From Nitrospinaceae bacterium (GTDB lineage: Bacteria > Nitrospinota > Nitrospinia > Nitrospinales > Nitrospinaceae): 64,000 nucleotides of DNA. Below the pieces are notes generated by a model. The model saw only the letters and a program-made list of their open reading frames with translations. It searched no databases and was not told where the DNA came from. This document shows positions 9,958 to 19,436 of the stretch, piece after piece. Position numbers and translations under genes: made by a program. The DNA lies in the NCBI GenBank assembly GCA_965223665.1, contig OZ245011.1:3136001-3200000 (forward strand), in the 5' to 3' direction. Position 1 is the stretch's first letter, and every line of letters begins with the position of its first letter.

Positions 9958-11235
9958 ATGAAGGAAAACACTTATTCTACGATAGTCCTTGGAGCTGGCC
10001 CTGTTGGGCTTGCCACGGCCAAAAAGCTTAGTTCAGAAAATTTGCCAATTGCAATTTTAGAAAAAAAAGTGACTGGCGGACTTTTAAAATCAGTAAACGT
10101 AGAAGGCAAAATTTATGATATAGGAAATTTTATTTTTACAAACGATGATCTTCTTTTAAAAAACTATCCTCTTTCTACAAAGAACTATGTTTCTGTAAAA
10201 AGTAAAACCTATATTCGTATGGAGGGTGATAATTTTGTGGATTGGCCCCCTCATCCAAAAAAAATTGTTAATACCCCCGTGGAATTAATAAAATTATACG
10301 TTTCTCTATTAATCTCAAAAGTGAAGCGGAATAAAAATTCAGATCTTAGAAGTTATTGTGAGTATTTTTGCGGAACACATTTTTTTAAAAATTGTGGATT
10401 GGAAGTTTATATTGAGAATTTATTTGGGTCAAAAGTGGAAGATTTGGAATTTGAATTAGTTAAAACCCGGATAAAATTTATTGAAAGCTTTGGTATTCGA
10501 AAGTATCTTTCCAAGAAAATAAAATCAAAGATTTTTAAAAGAAGTGACACTTCATTGATTAAACATTTTGTCAGGCCCTATGATGGATTTGATGTTCTAT
10601 TCAGTGAAATTAAAAAAGAGGCAGAATCTTCTAAAATCGAAATCTACGAATATCAAAATATTAAGAATATTGCTAAGGTAAAAGAAAACTGGAAAATTGA
10701 ACTTGAAGATAAACCTTTTTTTTGTGAAAAACTAATTTCCACTATTCCAATCCAAGATCTTTGTGTCTTATTAAAGCTTCCTATTAAAAACAAAATTAAC
10801 AGCAGTATGTTATTGTCTACGTTCTTTTGCGGCCCTATTCCAAGAAAGTTTCATGTTCTTTATAATTTTACGCGAAAGGGATGTTGGAAACGAATTACAA
10901 ATTTTGGATTTACCTATGCTCCGAACGAAGAATTTACCTGGATTACTGCCGAAACCGTTATTCATTCCTTAAATGGGCTCCAAAATTCTATTGAACAAAT
11001 CTGTGAAGATGTTAAATCTTTGTTTCCTAATCTAAAGTTTATGGATTATGAAATAACCGATGATGCTTACCCCACCTATGAAAAAGGAAGCTTAGAAAGT
11101 TTAAATAAAGCAATAAAAGAAATAGAAGATAAAGGAATTATTCTTGGAGGAAGACAGGGGAGATATGATTACGTTTCTGCAACTGAGGCTTTCAAAAAAC
11201 TGTTTAGGAAAAAACCAAACCTAATGAAAGGATAA
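9958..11235 (+). CDS. FAD-dependent oxidoreductase (protoporphyrinogen oxidase/UDP-galactopyranose mutase-like)
   Basis: GAGPVGL Rossmann motif, EKK-x-xGGL, AYPTY and C-terminal GRQGRYDY. Confidence 0.7.
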   Translation: MKENTYSTIVLGAGPVGLATAKKLSSENLPIAILEKKVTGGLLKSVNVEGKIYDIGNFIFTNDDLLLKNYPLSTKNYVSVKSKTYIRMEGDNFVDWPPHPKKIVNTPVELIKLYVSLLISKVKRNKNSDLRSYCEYFCGTHFFKNCGLEVYIENLFGSKVEDLEFELVKTRIKFIESFGIRKYLSKKIKSKIFKRSDTSLIKHFVRPYDGFDVLFSEIKKEAESSKIEIYEYQNIKNIAKVKENWKIELEDKPFFCEKLISTIPIQDLCVLLKLPIKNKINSSMLLSTFFCGPIPRKFHVLYNFTRKGCWKRITNFGFTYAPNEEFTWITAETVIHSLNGLQNSIEQICEDVKSLFPNLKFMDYEITDDAYPTYEKGSLESLNKAIKEIEDKGIILGGRQGRYDYVSATEAFKKLFRKKPNLMKG

Positions 11236-11243
11236 TTTTATCT

Positions 11244-12704
11244 TTAAGCACACATATTTTTAATTTTGGGAGCAAACTCTAGATAATTAATTTGGCGGCC
11301 TAATAAAGGCCTAAATGCTTGTTTAGGATCATTTGCAACCAGTATGGAACCCAAGGGATGATGCTTTCCACTATGATGGTCATCAACTGTGAATTTAACA
11401 AAACCAAAATCTTTAAAACTATAAATTGAATTTCTAATTCTAATGGCTTTATCTTTTTCCGGAACCATATGAATTGTAAATGTTATTTTATTCCCGTTAA
11501 TATCACATTTTCCTTCCATCCCATTTTGGTTCTTCTCAGAAAAATATTTTTCAAAAATTAATTTCTTTATAAGACATTCATTATTGCTTTTTAATCGGAA
11601 GGTGTATTGAGGTACCATAGCGCTTTCAAATGTTGCAGTAGAGTCTTTGCCAAAAATTAAATTAAAAAATTTAAGGGGATCTTCCAGGCGATAATCACTC
11701 GAAAACTTATTAACATCATCTTGTGAAAGTCGAAGGTTTGCTCCTTGTCCCATGCTAGTAGTCACCAGCATAGTGTATCCATTTTTTTTTGCGATTTTCC
11801 CTATGACTTTTAAATATTTGTCAAGTTCATCCATTGCGAAGAGTATTTCATTTTGATATTTTTTGACCCAATCCTTTGGATAAAGCCTTTCGCAAAAATC
11901 ATCTGGAAAAAGTGCATACCAATACCGATGCATATTTGCGGCAACGTGATTGGTAAATAAAACCGCTAAAGAAGGTTTTTTTCGAATAAGTCCTTTTAAA
12001 AATATTTCACCAATTAAAGGAAATTGAGCCGTTCGCAATCTTTCTTTATTGTGTAGTAGTCCCCCGAGTAAACTTTTTCCAATAGATAAACATGAGCGAG
12101 AGGAAAGCCCCCAGTTTCCAAATGATGGGTTAGCCAACCAATTGGTTGCTGTACCTAAAATTAATTTTTTAACTTGAGTTTGTCTTCGAGAATCTTCTAC
12201 TACCGCTAGGTTAAAGGATTGGAAAGGTTGAAACTTTTTTGGATAAGCTGTAGATGTTGGAGCAAAACAATCTGGAATTGCTAAGCAATAATTACCTTGA
12301 TTTATATATGTTTCCAGGGGTGACGAATGGAGGGTGCTAACGATCATGGTCTTTTTTCTTTTTTGTGCCCAATAATGCCAGTAAAAATCTTCAAAATTTT
12401 TGGGATCGTTATACCAATGGATTTTATGTTCTCGATAAGGGAGCCCTGTATTAAAAGATGCCCAAGTTTGAGAAGGATATAAAAAATCATATTCTACATC
12501 ATTGGCAATAGTTTCTATTAGATTTGTTTGTTTGAGTAAATTGTTAATAAAAGATTTTGGGCGGATTTTGGAGTAATGACGAAACAACTTAGGCGGTATT
12601 TCATTTGCTTCGATTATTAGAAGTTTCAAGTCAAATCCTAATGTAAGGGTATTGCAGAAAAAGTAACAAAAATGAAATAATCTGTCAAATTTAAGGACTA
12701 ACAA
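11244..12704 (-). CDS. Putative alkaline-phosphatase-superfamily protein; likely start TTG at 12629
   Basis: LLIIEANE, PSQTWASFNTG, NHVAANMHRYW and SGKHHPLG follow the superfamily pattern. Confidence 0.55.
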   Translation of the reverse strand: MLVLKFDRLFHFCYFFCNTLTLGFDLKLLIIEANEIPPKLFRHYSKIRPKSFINNLLKQTNLIETIANDVEYDFLYPSQTWASFNTGLPYREHKIHWYNDPKNFEDFYWHYWAQKRKKTMIVSTLHSSPLETYINQGNYCLAIPDCFAPTSTAYPKKFQPFQSFNLAVVEDSRRQTQVKKLILGTATNWLANPSFGNWGLSSRSCLSIGKSLLGGLLHNKERLRTAQFPLIGEIFLKGLIRKKPSLAVLFTNHVAANMHRYWYALFPDDFCERLYPKDWVKKYQNEILFAMDELDKYLKVIGKIAKKNGYTMLVTTSMGQGANLRLSQDDVNKFSSDYRLEDPLKFFNLIFGKDSTATFESAMVPQYTFRLKSNNECLIKKLIFEKYFSEKNQNGMEGKCDINGNKITFTIHMVPEKDKAIRIRNSIYSFKDFGFVKFTVDDHHSGKHHPLGSILVANDPKQAFRPLLGRQINYLEFAPKIKNMCA

Positions 12705-12894
12705 ATTTTTATTTGGAACTTAAAATTGCATGGATAAATTAATAAGCAATTGATTAGTTTGGGTTTAAGCGGGTTGTTTGTTTTGGAAAAGTGGTATGTT
12801 TTTTAGGATGCTAAGAGAGGTTCTGTTATTAGTTGAAAAAATTTGGGCAAAGTAAAATAATAATACTGGTTTTGGGTTGACAGTATCCGTATAG

Positions 12895-12925
12895 AAAAAG
12901 CCATTCTGGTAAAGACCAGAATGGC
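12895..12925 (-). terminator. Rho-independent terminator of the HydB/NuoF-like gene
   Basis: Perfect 11-bp stem GCCATTCTGGT/ACCAGAATGGC with 4-nt loop, followed by TTTTT on the minus strand, about 27 bp after the stop. Confidence 0.85.
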
Positions 12926-12952
12926 CAAGATATTTTTGGATTAAACTAAATG

Positions 12953-14776
12953 TTAAGCAATTGCTAAAAAGTTACAGGCCTGATAACAAGCATTACAATT
13001 AATACAAAGATCCATATCAATATGGGCTGCAACTTTTTTAGTACCGCCTGTAATAGCGCCTGTAGGGCAGGGTTTAATACAGGCTCCACATGCAACACAC
13101 TCCTCTTCTTTAACTACATATTTATAGAGTCCGGTACACATAGCGGCATCACAGACTTGATCGACAATATGGCGTTCGTATTCTTTACGAAAATATTTAA
13201 GGCCGGTCAATACTGCCTTAACAGCCGTTTCACCTAAGCCGCATAAAGAGGATACATTGATTTCTTCTGACATTGCCTGTAGTTTATCAAGATACTCAAT
13301 TTTTCCACGACCTTCCGCAATATCATCCAAAAGGTTCTTAATTAGAGTTAAGCCAATACGACAAGGTGTACATTTGCCACATGTTTCTGCCTCATTAAAT
13401 CCAATAGAAAAACGTGTAAGATCAATGACACATGCAGAAGCATCATAAGCAGCAAAACTTGCTTGACCCATAATCACACCTGCGTTTAACAGGCTTTCAT
13501 AGTCAGTTTTCGTATCTTTTTTTTCAGGAGGCAAGAACCCACCGGTAACCCCACCCACATGGATGACTTTCAGCTCTTTCTTTTTTAGAATCCCACCACA
13601 ATAATCATCAATAGCTTCACCCAAAGTGGTATTCATATCCAATTCCATGAGCCCGTTGTATTTTAGATTTCCGGCTATAGCCCAGGTTTTACAACCAGGA
13701 GAATTTTCCGGTCCCATGGATTTATACCAATCTGCACCATTCATAATGATGGGTGGAACAGTTGCCCAGGTTTCAGCATTGTTTAAATTAGTGGGGTAAC
13801 CAAATACTCCTTTTACACTTGAATGTGGAGGTTGGGATTTCGGGAAGGGACGTTTACCCTCAACGGAGGCCATTAAAGCAGTGGATTCTCCACCGATGAA
13901 TGCTTCCATTCCTTCATGTACATAACAATCAATACTGAAGTCGGTTCCCATAATATTATTTCCCAGGAATCCCCGTTCACGGGCCTGCTCCATGGCTTTA
14001 TTAAGTCGTTTGACTGCAATTGCATAATCAGACCGCGTATAAATAATGGCGTCTGTTGCACCAATCGCATAAGCACCAATGAGAAGCCCCTCTAAAACCT
14101 GATGAGGACAGCCTTCCATAATACTACGATCCATATAAGAAGCTGGATTTCCTTCGTCACCGTTTACCATAATGAACCGGCGTTCAGCAGGAGTATTGGC
14201 AGCAATTTCCCATTTATTGGCAGTAATAAATCCGCCGCCACCTTTTCCCCGAAGCTTGGCGCTTTTGACCTCATCGATAATTTCACGCGGCTTCATGGTG
14301 GTTAGTGCTTTTCGCAATGCTTCATAACCACCAACGGCAATGTATTCATCAATACTTTCCGGATCAATACTTCCACCATGTTTCAGTGCAACCCGGTTTT
14401 GTTTTTCTAAAGTAGTATAGTAATCGTCTTTTGCAGCGGCACGTTTAAAGACTTTTCCACCAATGACATGATCATTAAAGATCTGTTTTGCCATTTCCGG
14501 TTTAACACGTTCATAAGTGACACGTGGTTCGCCAGGAACATAAACGTCCACCAAAACATCACGACTACAATAACCACGACATCCGACTTGCCCTAATTTA
14601 CATCCGCCTCGGTCGCCTAATTCCACATTGGATTGATTTTCAGCGATCAACTTTTCAAATTCTTTAAATACATCCATTCCGCCTTCGGCGATTCCGCTCA
14701 AGCTCAAGCAAACCGTAATTTTAATGGTCTCTTTTTTGGTTTCTGTTGCTTGGGTTTGTGCTTCCGCAACTTCCAT
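12953..14776 (-). CDS. NAD(P)H-dependent flavin/Fe-S diaphorase subunit (HydB/HndC/NuoF-like)
   Basis: N-terminal thioredoxin-like [2Fe-2S] region (GCRGYC); LRGKGGGGF; NGDEGNP..MDR; SLBB region; CGKCTPCRIG...SLCGLG; C-terminal 2x[4Fe-4S] (CVACGACIKPCP, CINCNACYQAC). Confidence 0.93.
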   Translation of the reverse strand: MEVAEAQTQATETKKETIKITVCLSLSGIAEGGMDVFKEFEKLIAENQSNVELGDRGGCKLGQVGCRGYCSRDVLVDVYVPGEPRVTYERVKPEMAKQIFNDHVIGGKVFKRAAAKDDYYTTLEKQNRVALKHGGSIDPESIDEYIAVGGYEALRKALTTMKPREIIDEVKSAKLRGKGGGGFITANKWEIAANTPAERRFIMVNGDEGNPASYMDRSIMEGCPHQVLEGLLIGAYAIGATDAIIYTRSDYAIAVKRLNKAMEQARERGFLGNNIMGTDFSIDCYVHEGMEAFIGGESTALMASVEGKRPFPKSQPPHSSVKGVFGYPTNLNNAETWATVPPIIMNGADWYKSMGPENSPGCKTWAIAGNLKYNGLMELDMNTTLGEAIDDYCGGILKKKELKVIHVGGVTGGFLPPEKKDTKTDYESLLNAGVIMGQASFAAYDASACVIDLTRFSIGFNEAETCGKCTPCRIGLTLIKNLLDDIAEGRGKIEYLDKLQAMSEEINVSSLCGLGETAVKAVLTGLKYFRKEYERHIVDQVCDAAMCTGLYKYVVKEEECVACGACIKPCPTGAITGGTKKVAAHIDMDLCINCNACYQACNFLAIA

Positions 14777-14902
14777 GGAACTCTCCTTTTCAGGATATAT
14801 AATTAACTTTGATTATAATTGTTTTATAGGATAAAGGACCTTAGGCCCCTAAAAAGTTTCTAAGTATAACAAAATCTCACAATAATTTGGAAAATTCCAC
14901 AA

Positions 14903-14931
14903 ATTCTAAGGATCAATCCAGCTTTTGTCAA
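14903..14931 (-). promoter_or_regulatory. Sigma70-type promoter of the HydB/NuoF-like gene
   Basis: Minus strand reads TTGACA-N17-TAGAAT, about 125 bp upstream of the ATG. Confidence 0.7.
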
Positions 14932-15354
14932 TCCATTGAAAAATAAAAATTTTCTTAAAAAATTATCGATTTGTATTTAAGACATAATAAACAGGGGAAA
15001 ATGTCTCTAATTCATTTTTTCTAAAGGAATTATACACTGGGAATTCCTTCAAAAAATAATTTGATAAAAATGATTAACGGTCACCTCTCCCTCTATTAAT
15101 AATAATCAACAACAAGCCATACAAACCTTAAGCCAACTCGCGGTAATAGAAAAATAACAATTTAAATATTTTTTTTTAAAATGCTCTTCGCTCTCGTTTT
15201 AGCTAACTTATTGTTATTAATAGACCGAAAGTCATTACAGGAAAATACCCCAAAATAACCCTATATATTCTATTGACAAACCCCACTAGAGGTATTAAAT
15301 ATAAAATAACATTAAGTGTTAATGAAATTTTAAAGACTTAGCCTTGGGAGGGTT

Positions 15355-18300
15355 ATGAACACTATTAAACTTTCAATCAATTTTCTTTTGTGGGGAATAT
15401 GTACTATCTCTCTAGTTGTATCCCCTTCTTTTGCAAATTTGTCAAAATCTAAAGCTGAAATTTCCTCGCAGTTGCCTGTAAATGGTTTAAATAAGGCGTT
15501 AGGGAATAGTCTCAAAACGCAAAGCCTGGAAGGAAATCCTTTTCGTTTTAAAGGAAAGACTTTTTCCTTGTCTTTCTCAAAGACGCAAGTTGAGTTTCCA
15601 AAGGTTTTAAATGCCCATCACCCGATCAAACTTCAAACTCCTTATGGAATGGTCCGTCAATTTTTGGTTTCTAATGATTCCTATATAGCTGAACTTCAAG
15701 GAAATTTTTTAATTTACCGAGGGAATAAAAATTCGATTGTTTACTTTTTGGATGATGCAAATAATTCTCTTCGTGAATTTGTATTCCTCGAAAGTGCTTC
15801 TGATTTTTCTTCAAACCAACCGGTTATTCAATGGCGATTCGAAGGCGCAAACCTTAAAGTACAAGGAAATGGAAGTATTGTTTTATCAAAAGTCATTCTC
15901 CAGAAAAAAGGAAAAACTTATAAACAGAACCTTGATGCTCGCATAAACAGATTTTTAGAAAAACAATCTCGAAAAAATAAAAATTTATCCTACGCAAAAA
16001 AGTTATTTGAAATTCCTAAGCCAGAATTCATCGATGGAAATTTAAAAGTTCATTATGATGGACTACGTTATTCCACTCAGGGACAAAAATTAGCACTTCA
16101 TTTAGAACCAAAGGAGAAGTTAGTTTTTCCTCTGTGGGTGGATCCATCCTTGCGGGCAGATCCAGATGCAAATATCACAATTAATGGTCAAAATTCTTTA
16201 GATCATTTAGGATTTAACGTTGCATCCGCGGGTGATTTTAACGGAGATGGCTTAGAAGACGTTATTGTTGGGGCTCGCTTTGATGATAATAATTTTGCTA
16301 CCAATTCAGGAAGTGCTTATATCTTTTTCGGACGAAATTCAAATGCCCCATCAAATTTATCTGTAGATTCAAGTGCAGACGTAATTCTAAATGGCCAAAG
16401 CGATGGTGATCGATTTGGCAATACAGTAGCTTCTGCTGGAGATTTTAATGGAGACGGACTTGATGATGTCATTGTAGGGGCACTATTTGATGATAATAAT
16501 TCAGAATTCGATTCAGGAAGTGCTTATATCTTTTTTGGCCGTAACCCTGGAGCTCCATTGACACTTAGAGCTGATGCTGATGCAAACATAATCTTAGATG
16601 GCCAAAGTGCTGGAGATTTGTTTGGAAATTCAGTCGGATCTGCTGGTGATTTTAATGGAGATGGACTTGATGATGTCATTGTTGGAGCCAATAGTGATGA
16701 CAACAATGGAGAAAATAATTCCGGAAGTGCTTTTATTTTCTTTGGACAAAATCCGGCCAATCAATTGACACTTCGTGCAGATTTAAATGCTAATGTGATT
16801 TTAAATGGTCAAAGCGCTAACGATCAATTCAGTGTGTCAGTTGCAACTGCGGGGGACTTTAATGGAGATGGTTTAGATGACGTTGTTGTTGGGGCCACCG
16901 GAGACGATAATAATTCTCAAACCAATTCTGGAAGTGCATATGTATTTTTTGGTCGAAGTGCAGTAACCCAGCTCAATTTAAGGGCTGATGCAGATGCAAA
17001 TATAATCCTGGACGGGCAAAGCACCGGAGATTTGTTCGGAGGATCTGTTGCTTCAGCCGGGGACTTCAACAATGATGGACGTGACGACATTATTATTGGA
17101 GCGCGCTCAGATGATAATAATGGCTTGGACCGATCCGGTAGTGCCTTTATCTTTTTTGGTCAAAACCCTGTAACTCAATTGATTCTTCGCGCTGATGCCA
17201 ATGCGGATGTCATCATGAATGGAGCGGGATTTAGAGATCAATTTGGATTTTCTGTAAGTTCTTCGGGAGATTTCAATGCCGATGGTTTTGGTGATGTCAT
17301 TGTAGGTTCTTTTCTTGATGATAATAATAGTGAGGACAACTCGGGAAGCGCGTTTCTATTTTTTGGACGAAACCCAAGTGGTCAGTTGACTTTACAAGCA
17401 GATTCAGATGCTGATTATATTTTCAATGGACAGAACTCAAACGATCAATTTGGAATTTCCGTATCTGGCGTGGGTGACTTTAATGGTGATGGTGTGGATG
17501 ATGTTATTATTGGTGCTTACCAGGATGATAATAATGGTGAAGTTGATTCTGGAAGCGCTTTCCTTTTTTATTCCCCGGAATCACCGCCCTCAGATACCGT
17601 TCCACCCGTAATAACAGTCTTGGGAAATAATCCTGTCAATATTGATTTGGGAAACCCTTATGTAGACGCAGGAGCAACGGCATTGGACGATGTGGATGGT
17701 GATATTTCCACAAACATTTTAGTTACTGGATTACCAGTAGATTCTAGTGTGGTTGGTCAGCATATCGTTCAATATGAGGTAAGTGATGCCGCTGGAAACT
17801 CAACACAGGCACAACGGATTGTAAATGTATTAGATTCGGATACCATTCCTCCAGAGCTTTTCTTACTGGGTGAAAGTCCAGTTAAGGTAGAAGCTGGTAC
17901 AAGCTATGTCGATGCTGGAGCCACCGCTACAGACAATATCGATGGAGACTTGACCGCCAGTATCAAGATTAGTGGTTTGCCAATTGATACTCTTAAAGTC
18001 GGCAGTCATTTTGTAAAATATGAAGTAATGGATGCAGCAGGTAATTTAGCTCTATTGGAGCGAAAAGTAATAGTCAATGATACAACACCTCCTTCTATTA
18101 CAGCCCCTCTAAATATTACTATGGACCAAACTGCCGAATTCACTACAGTTAATTTAGGAGATCCTGATGTGAAGGATACCATTGGTCTGGGTCCAGTTTT
18201 TAACAATGCACCTAACAAAGGTTTTCCTGTTGGGAAAACTGAAGTTGTTTGGACTGCCCAGGACCTTTCCGGAAATGAAGCAACAGCAAATCAACAAGTC

Positions 18301-18756
18301 ACCATTAATCCGGTTCCAGGTATTCAATTACAGATTCTCATTGAAATTGTGAGAAATTTGGAAATTAATTCTGGTTTTAAAAGCAGTTTGCTAGCTAAAT
18401 TAAATTCTGCTGAAAAGTCTCTTTTGAGATCTAACCAAAGTAATGAGAAAACTGAAAAAATTGTTCTTAAATATAAGAGGCATATTCGTTTTCTTATGCA
18501 TCGTATTCGGTTTTTTATGCAATCTCAAGAAAAGGGATTAGAAAGAATATACCTTCATAATTTGAGAGAATATGTGAAAAGGATTTATACAAGATACATT
18601 CGATTATCTCATTTTCATAAAAATAGTGATCGAACTGCTAAAAAGATTTTAGGGGCTTTCATCAATCAAGTTGAAGGGCAAACTGGTAAGAAAATTGATG
18701 AAGCTCAATCAAATAATATGATTGATAAAGCAAAATTTATTATCAGTCTAATTTAA
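15355..18756 (+). CDS. Secreted FG-GAP (integrin-alpha-like beta-propeller) protein with DUF5011/HYR-type Ig domains and FIMAH-like C-terminus
   Basis: Signal peptide; seven FG..V..AGDFNGDG.DD..VGA repeats; DTxPPxI Ig-like repeats (YVDAGATAxD); C-terminal LGAFINQVEGQTGKKI. Confidence 0.88.
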   Translation: MNTIKLSINFLLWGICTISLVVSPSFANLSKSKAEISSQLPVNGLNKALGNSLKTQSLEGNPFRFKGKTFSLSFSKTQVEFPKVLNAHHPIKLQTPYGMVRQFLVSNDSYIAELQGNFLIYRGNKNSIVYFLDDANNSLREFVFLESASDFSSNQPVIQWRFEGANLKVQGNGSIVLSKVILQKKGKTYKQNLDARINRFLEKQSRKNKNLSYAKKLFEIPKPEFIDGNLKVHYDGLRYSTQGQKLALHLEPKEKLVFPLWVDPSLRADPDANITINGQNSLDHLGFNVASAGDFNGDGLEDVIVGARFDDNNFATNSGSAYIFFGRNSNAPSNLSVDSSADVILNGQSDGDRFGNTVASAGDFNGDGLDDVIVGALFDDNNSEFDSGSAYIFFGRNPGAPLTLRADADANIILDGQSAGDLFGNSVGSAGDFNGDGLDDVIVGANSDDNNGENNSGSAFIFFGQNPANQLTLRADLNANVILNGQSANDQFSVSVATAGDFNGDGLDDVVVGATGDDNNSQTNSGSAYVFFGRSAVTQLNLRADADANIILDGQSTGDLFGGSVASAGDFNNDGRDDIIIGARSDDNNGLDRSGSAFIFFGQNPVTQLILRADANADVIMNGAGFRDQFGFSVSSSGDFNADGFGDVIVGSFLDDNNSEDNSGSAFLFFGRNPSGQLTLQADSDADYIFNGQNSNDQFGISVSGVGDFNGDGVDDVIIGAYQDDNNGEVDSGSAFLFYSPESPPSDTVPPVITVLGNNPVNIDLGNPYVDAGATALDDVDGDISTNILVTGLPVDSSVVGQHIVQYEVSDAAGNSTQAQRIVNVLDSDTIPPELFLLGESPVKVEAGTSYVDAGATATDNIDGDLTASIKISGLPIDTLKVGSHFVKYEVMDAAGNLALLERKVIVNDTTPPSITAPLNITMDQTAEFTTVNLGDPDVKDTIGLGPVFNNAPNKGFPVGKTEVVWTAQDLSGNEATANQQVTINPVPGIQLQILIEIVRNLEINSGFKSSLLAKLNSAEKSLLRSNQSNEKTEKIVLKYKRHIRFLMHRIRFFMQSQEKGLERIYLHNLREYVKRIYTRYIRLSHFHKNSDRTAKKILGAFINQVEGQTGKKIDEAQSNNMIDKAKFIISLI
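16150..17575 (+). repeat. Seven diverged FG-GAP repeats, about 207-bp (69-aa) period
   Basis: The GDFNxDG-encoding motif recurs about every 207 bp between about 16230 and 17490. Confidence 0.85.
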
Positions 18757-18800
18757 GGGAGAGGTCTTTCCCCCCGAGACTTCGTTATACCCTTTGCTGA

Positions 18801-18829
18801 GGAGCCGTCTCCTTTTGGGAGGCGGCTCC
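18801..18829 (+). terminator. GC-rich hairpin after the FG-GAP gene (possible terminator or mRNA stabiliser)
   Basis: GGAGCCGTCTCC/GGAGGCGGCTCC 12-bp stem with one G-U pair; only a weak, delayed T tract follows. Confidence 0.5.
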
Positions 18830-18920
18830 ATATCTATTTTTCAATTCTTTTGTCCCTGCCTTGTAATTCTTGAGAATAAAATATAGTAGAATAGAAAGAA
18901 ATTTAAAATATGGAACCCCA

Positions 18921-19373
18921 ATGCAACAGAAAAATGCAAGATTAAGAATCTTATTTTTGTGCACAGGTAATTCTTGTCGTAGCCAAATGGCCGAAGGATG
19001 GGCTAACAATTTAAAAAGTGATTCCATTGAATCTTATTCGGCAGGGGTGGATCCTCATGGTATGAATGAGAGGGCAATCCAGGTTATGGAAGAAGTTGGT
19101 GTGGATATTTCAGGACACCATTCAAAAAATGTAAAAGAAGTTATGGATATTCCATTTGATTTTGTGATTACGGTTTGTGGATCAGCAGACGAAACCTGCC
19201 CATCTTTTCCAGGAAAAACCAAAGTTATTCATAAAGGGTTCGATGATCCTCCGAAATTGGCTAAAGAAGCCAACTCTGAGGAGGAAGCTTTAGTGCATTA
19301 TCGAAGAGTGAGAGATCAGATCAGGGAATTTATAGAAACGTTACCCGAATATCTCATGGATAATTTAAAGTAG
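18921..19373 (+). CDS. arsC: Arsenate reductase, thioredoxin-coupled (LMW-PTP fold)
   Basis: LFLCTGNSCRSQMAEG active site, VITVC..A.ETCP and FDDP motifs. ATG 18921 preferred over the track's 18870 start. Confidence 0.85.
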   Translation: MQQKNARLRILFLCTGNSCRSQMAEGWANNLKSDSIESYSAGVDPHGMNERAIQVMEEVGVDISGHHSKNVKEVMDIPFDFVITVCGSADETCPSFPGKTKVIHKGFDDPPKLAKEANSEEEALVHYRRVRDQIREFIETLPEYLMDNLK

Positions 19374-19436
19374 AAGCAGTAAAAAATAAATCTTACTTCA
19401 AAATAGACAGCTGTAAAACAAGCAAGGATATGCAAA

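Noticed and set aside
15273-15301. Sigma70 promoter for the FG-GAP gene
   Set aside because: Perfect TTGACA at 15273, but no convincing -10 at 16-18 bp spacing.
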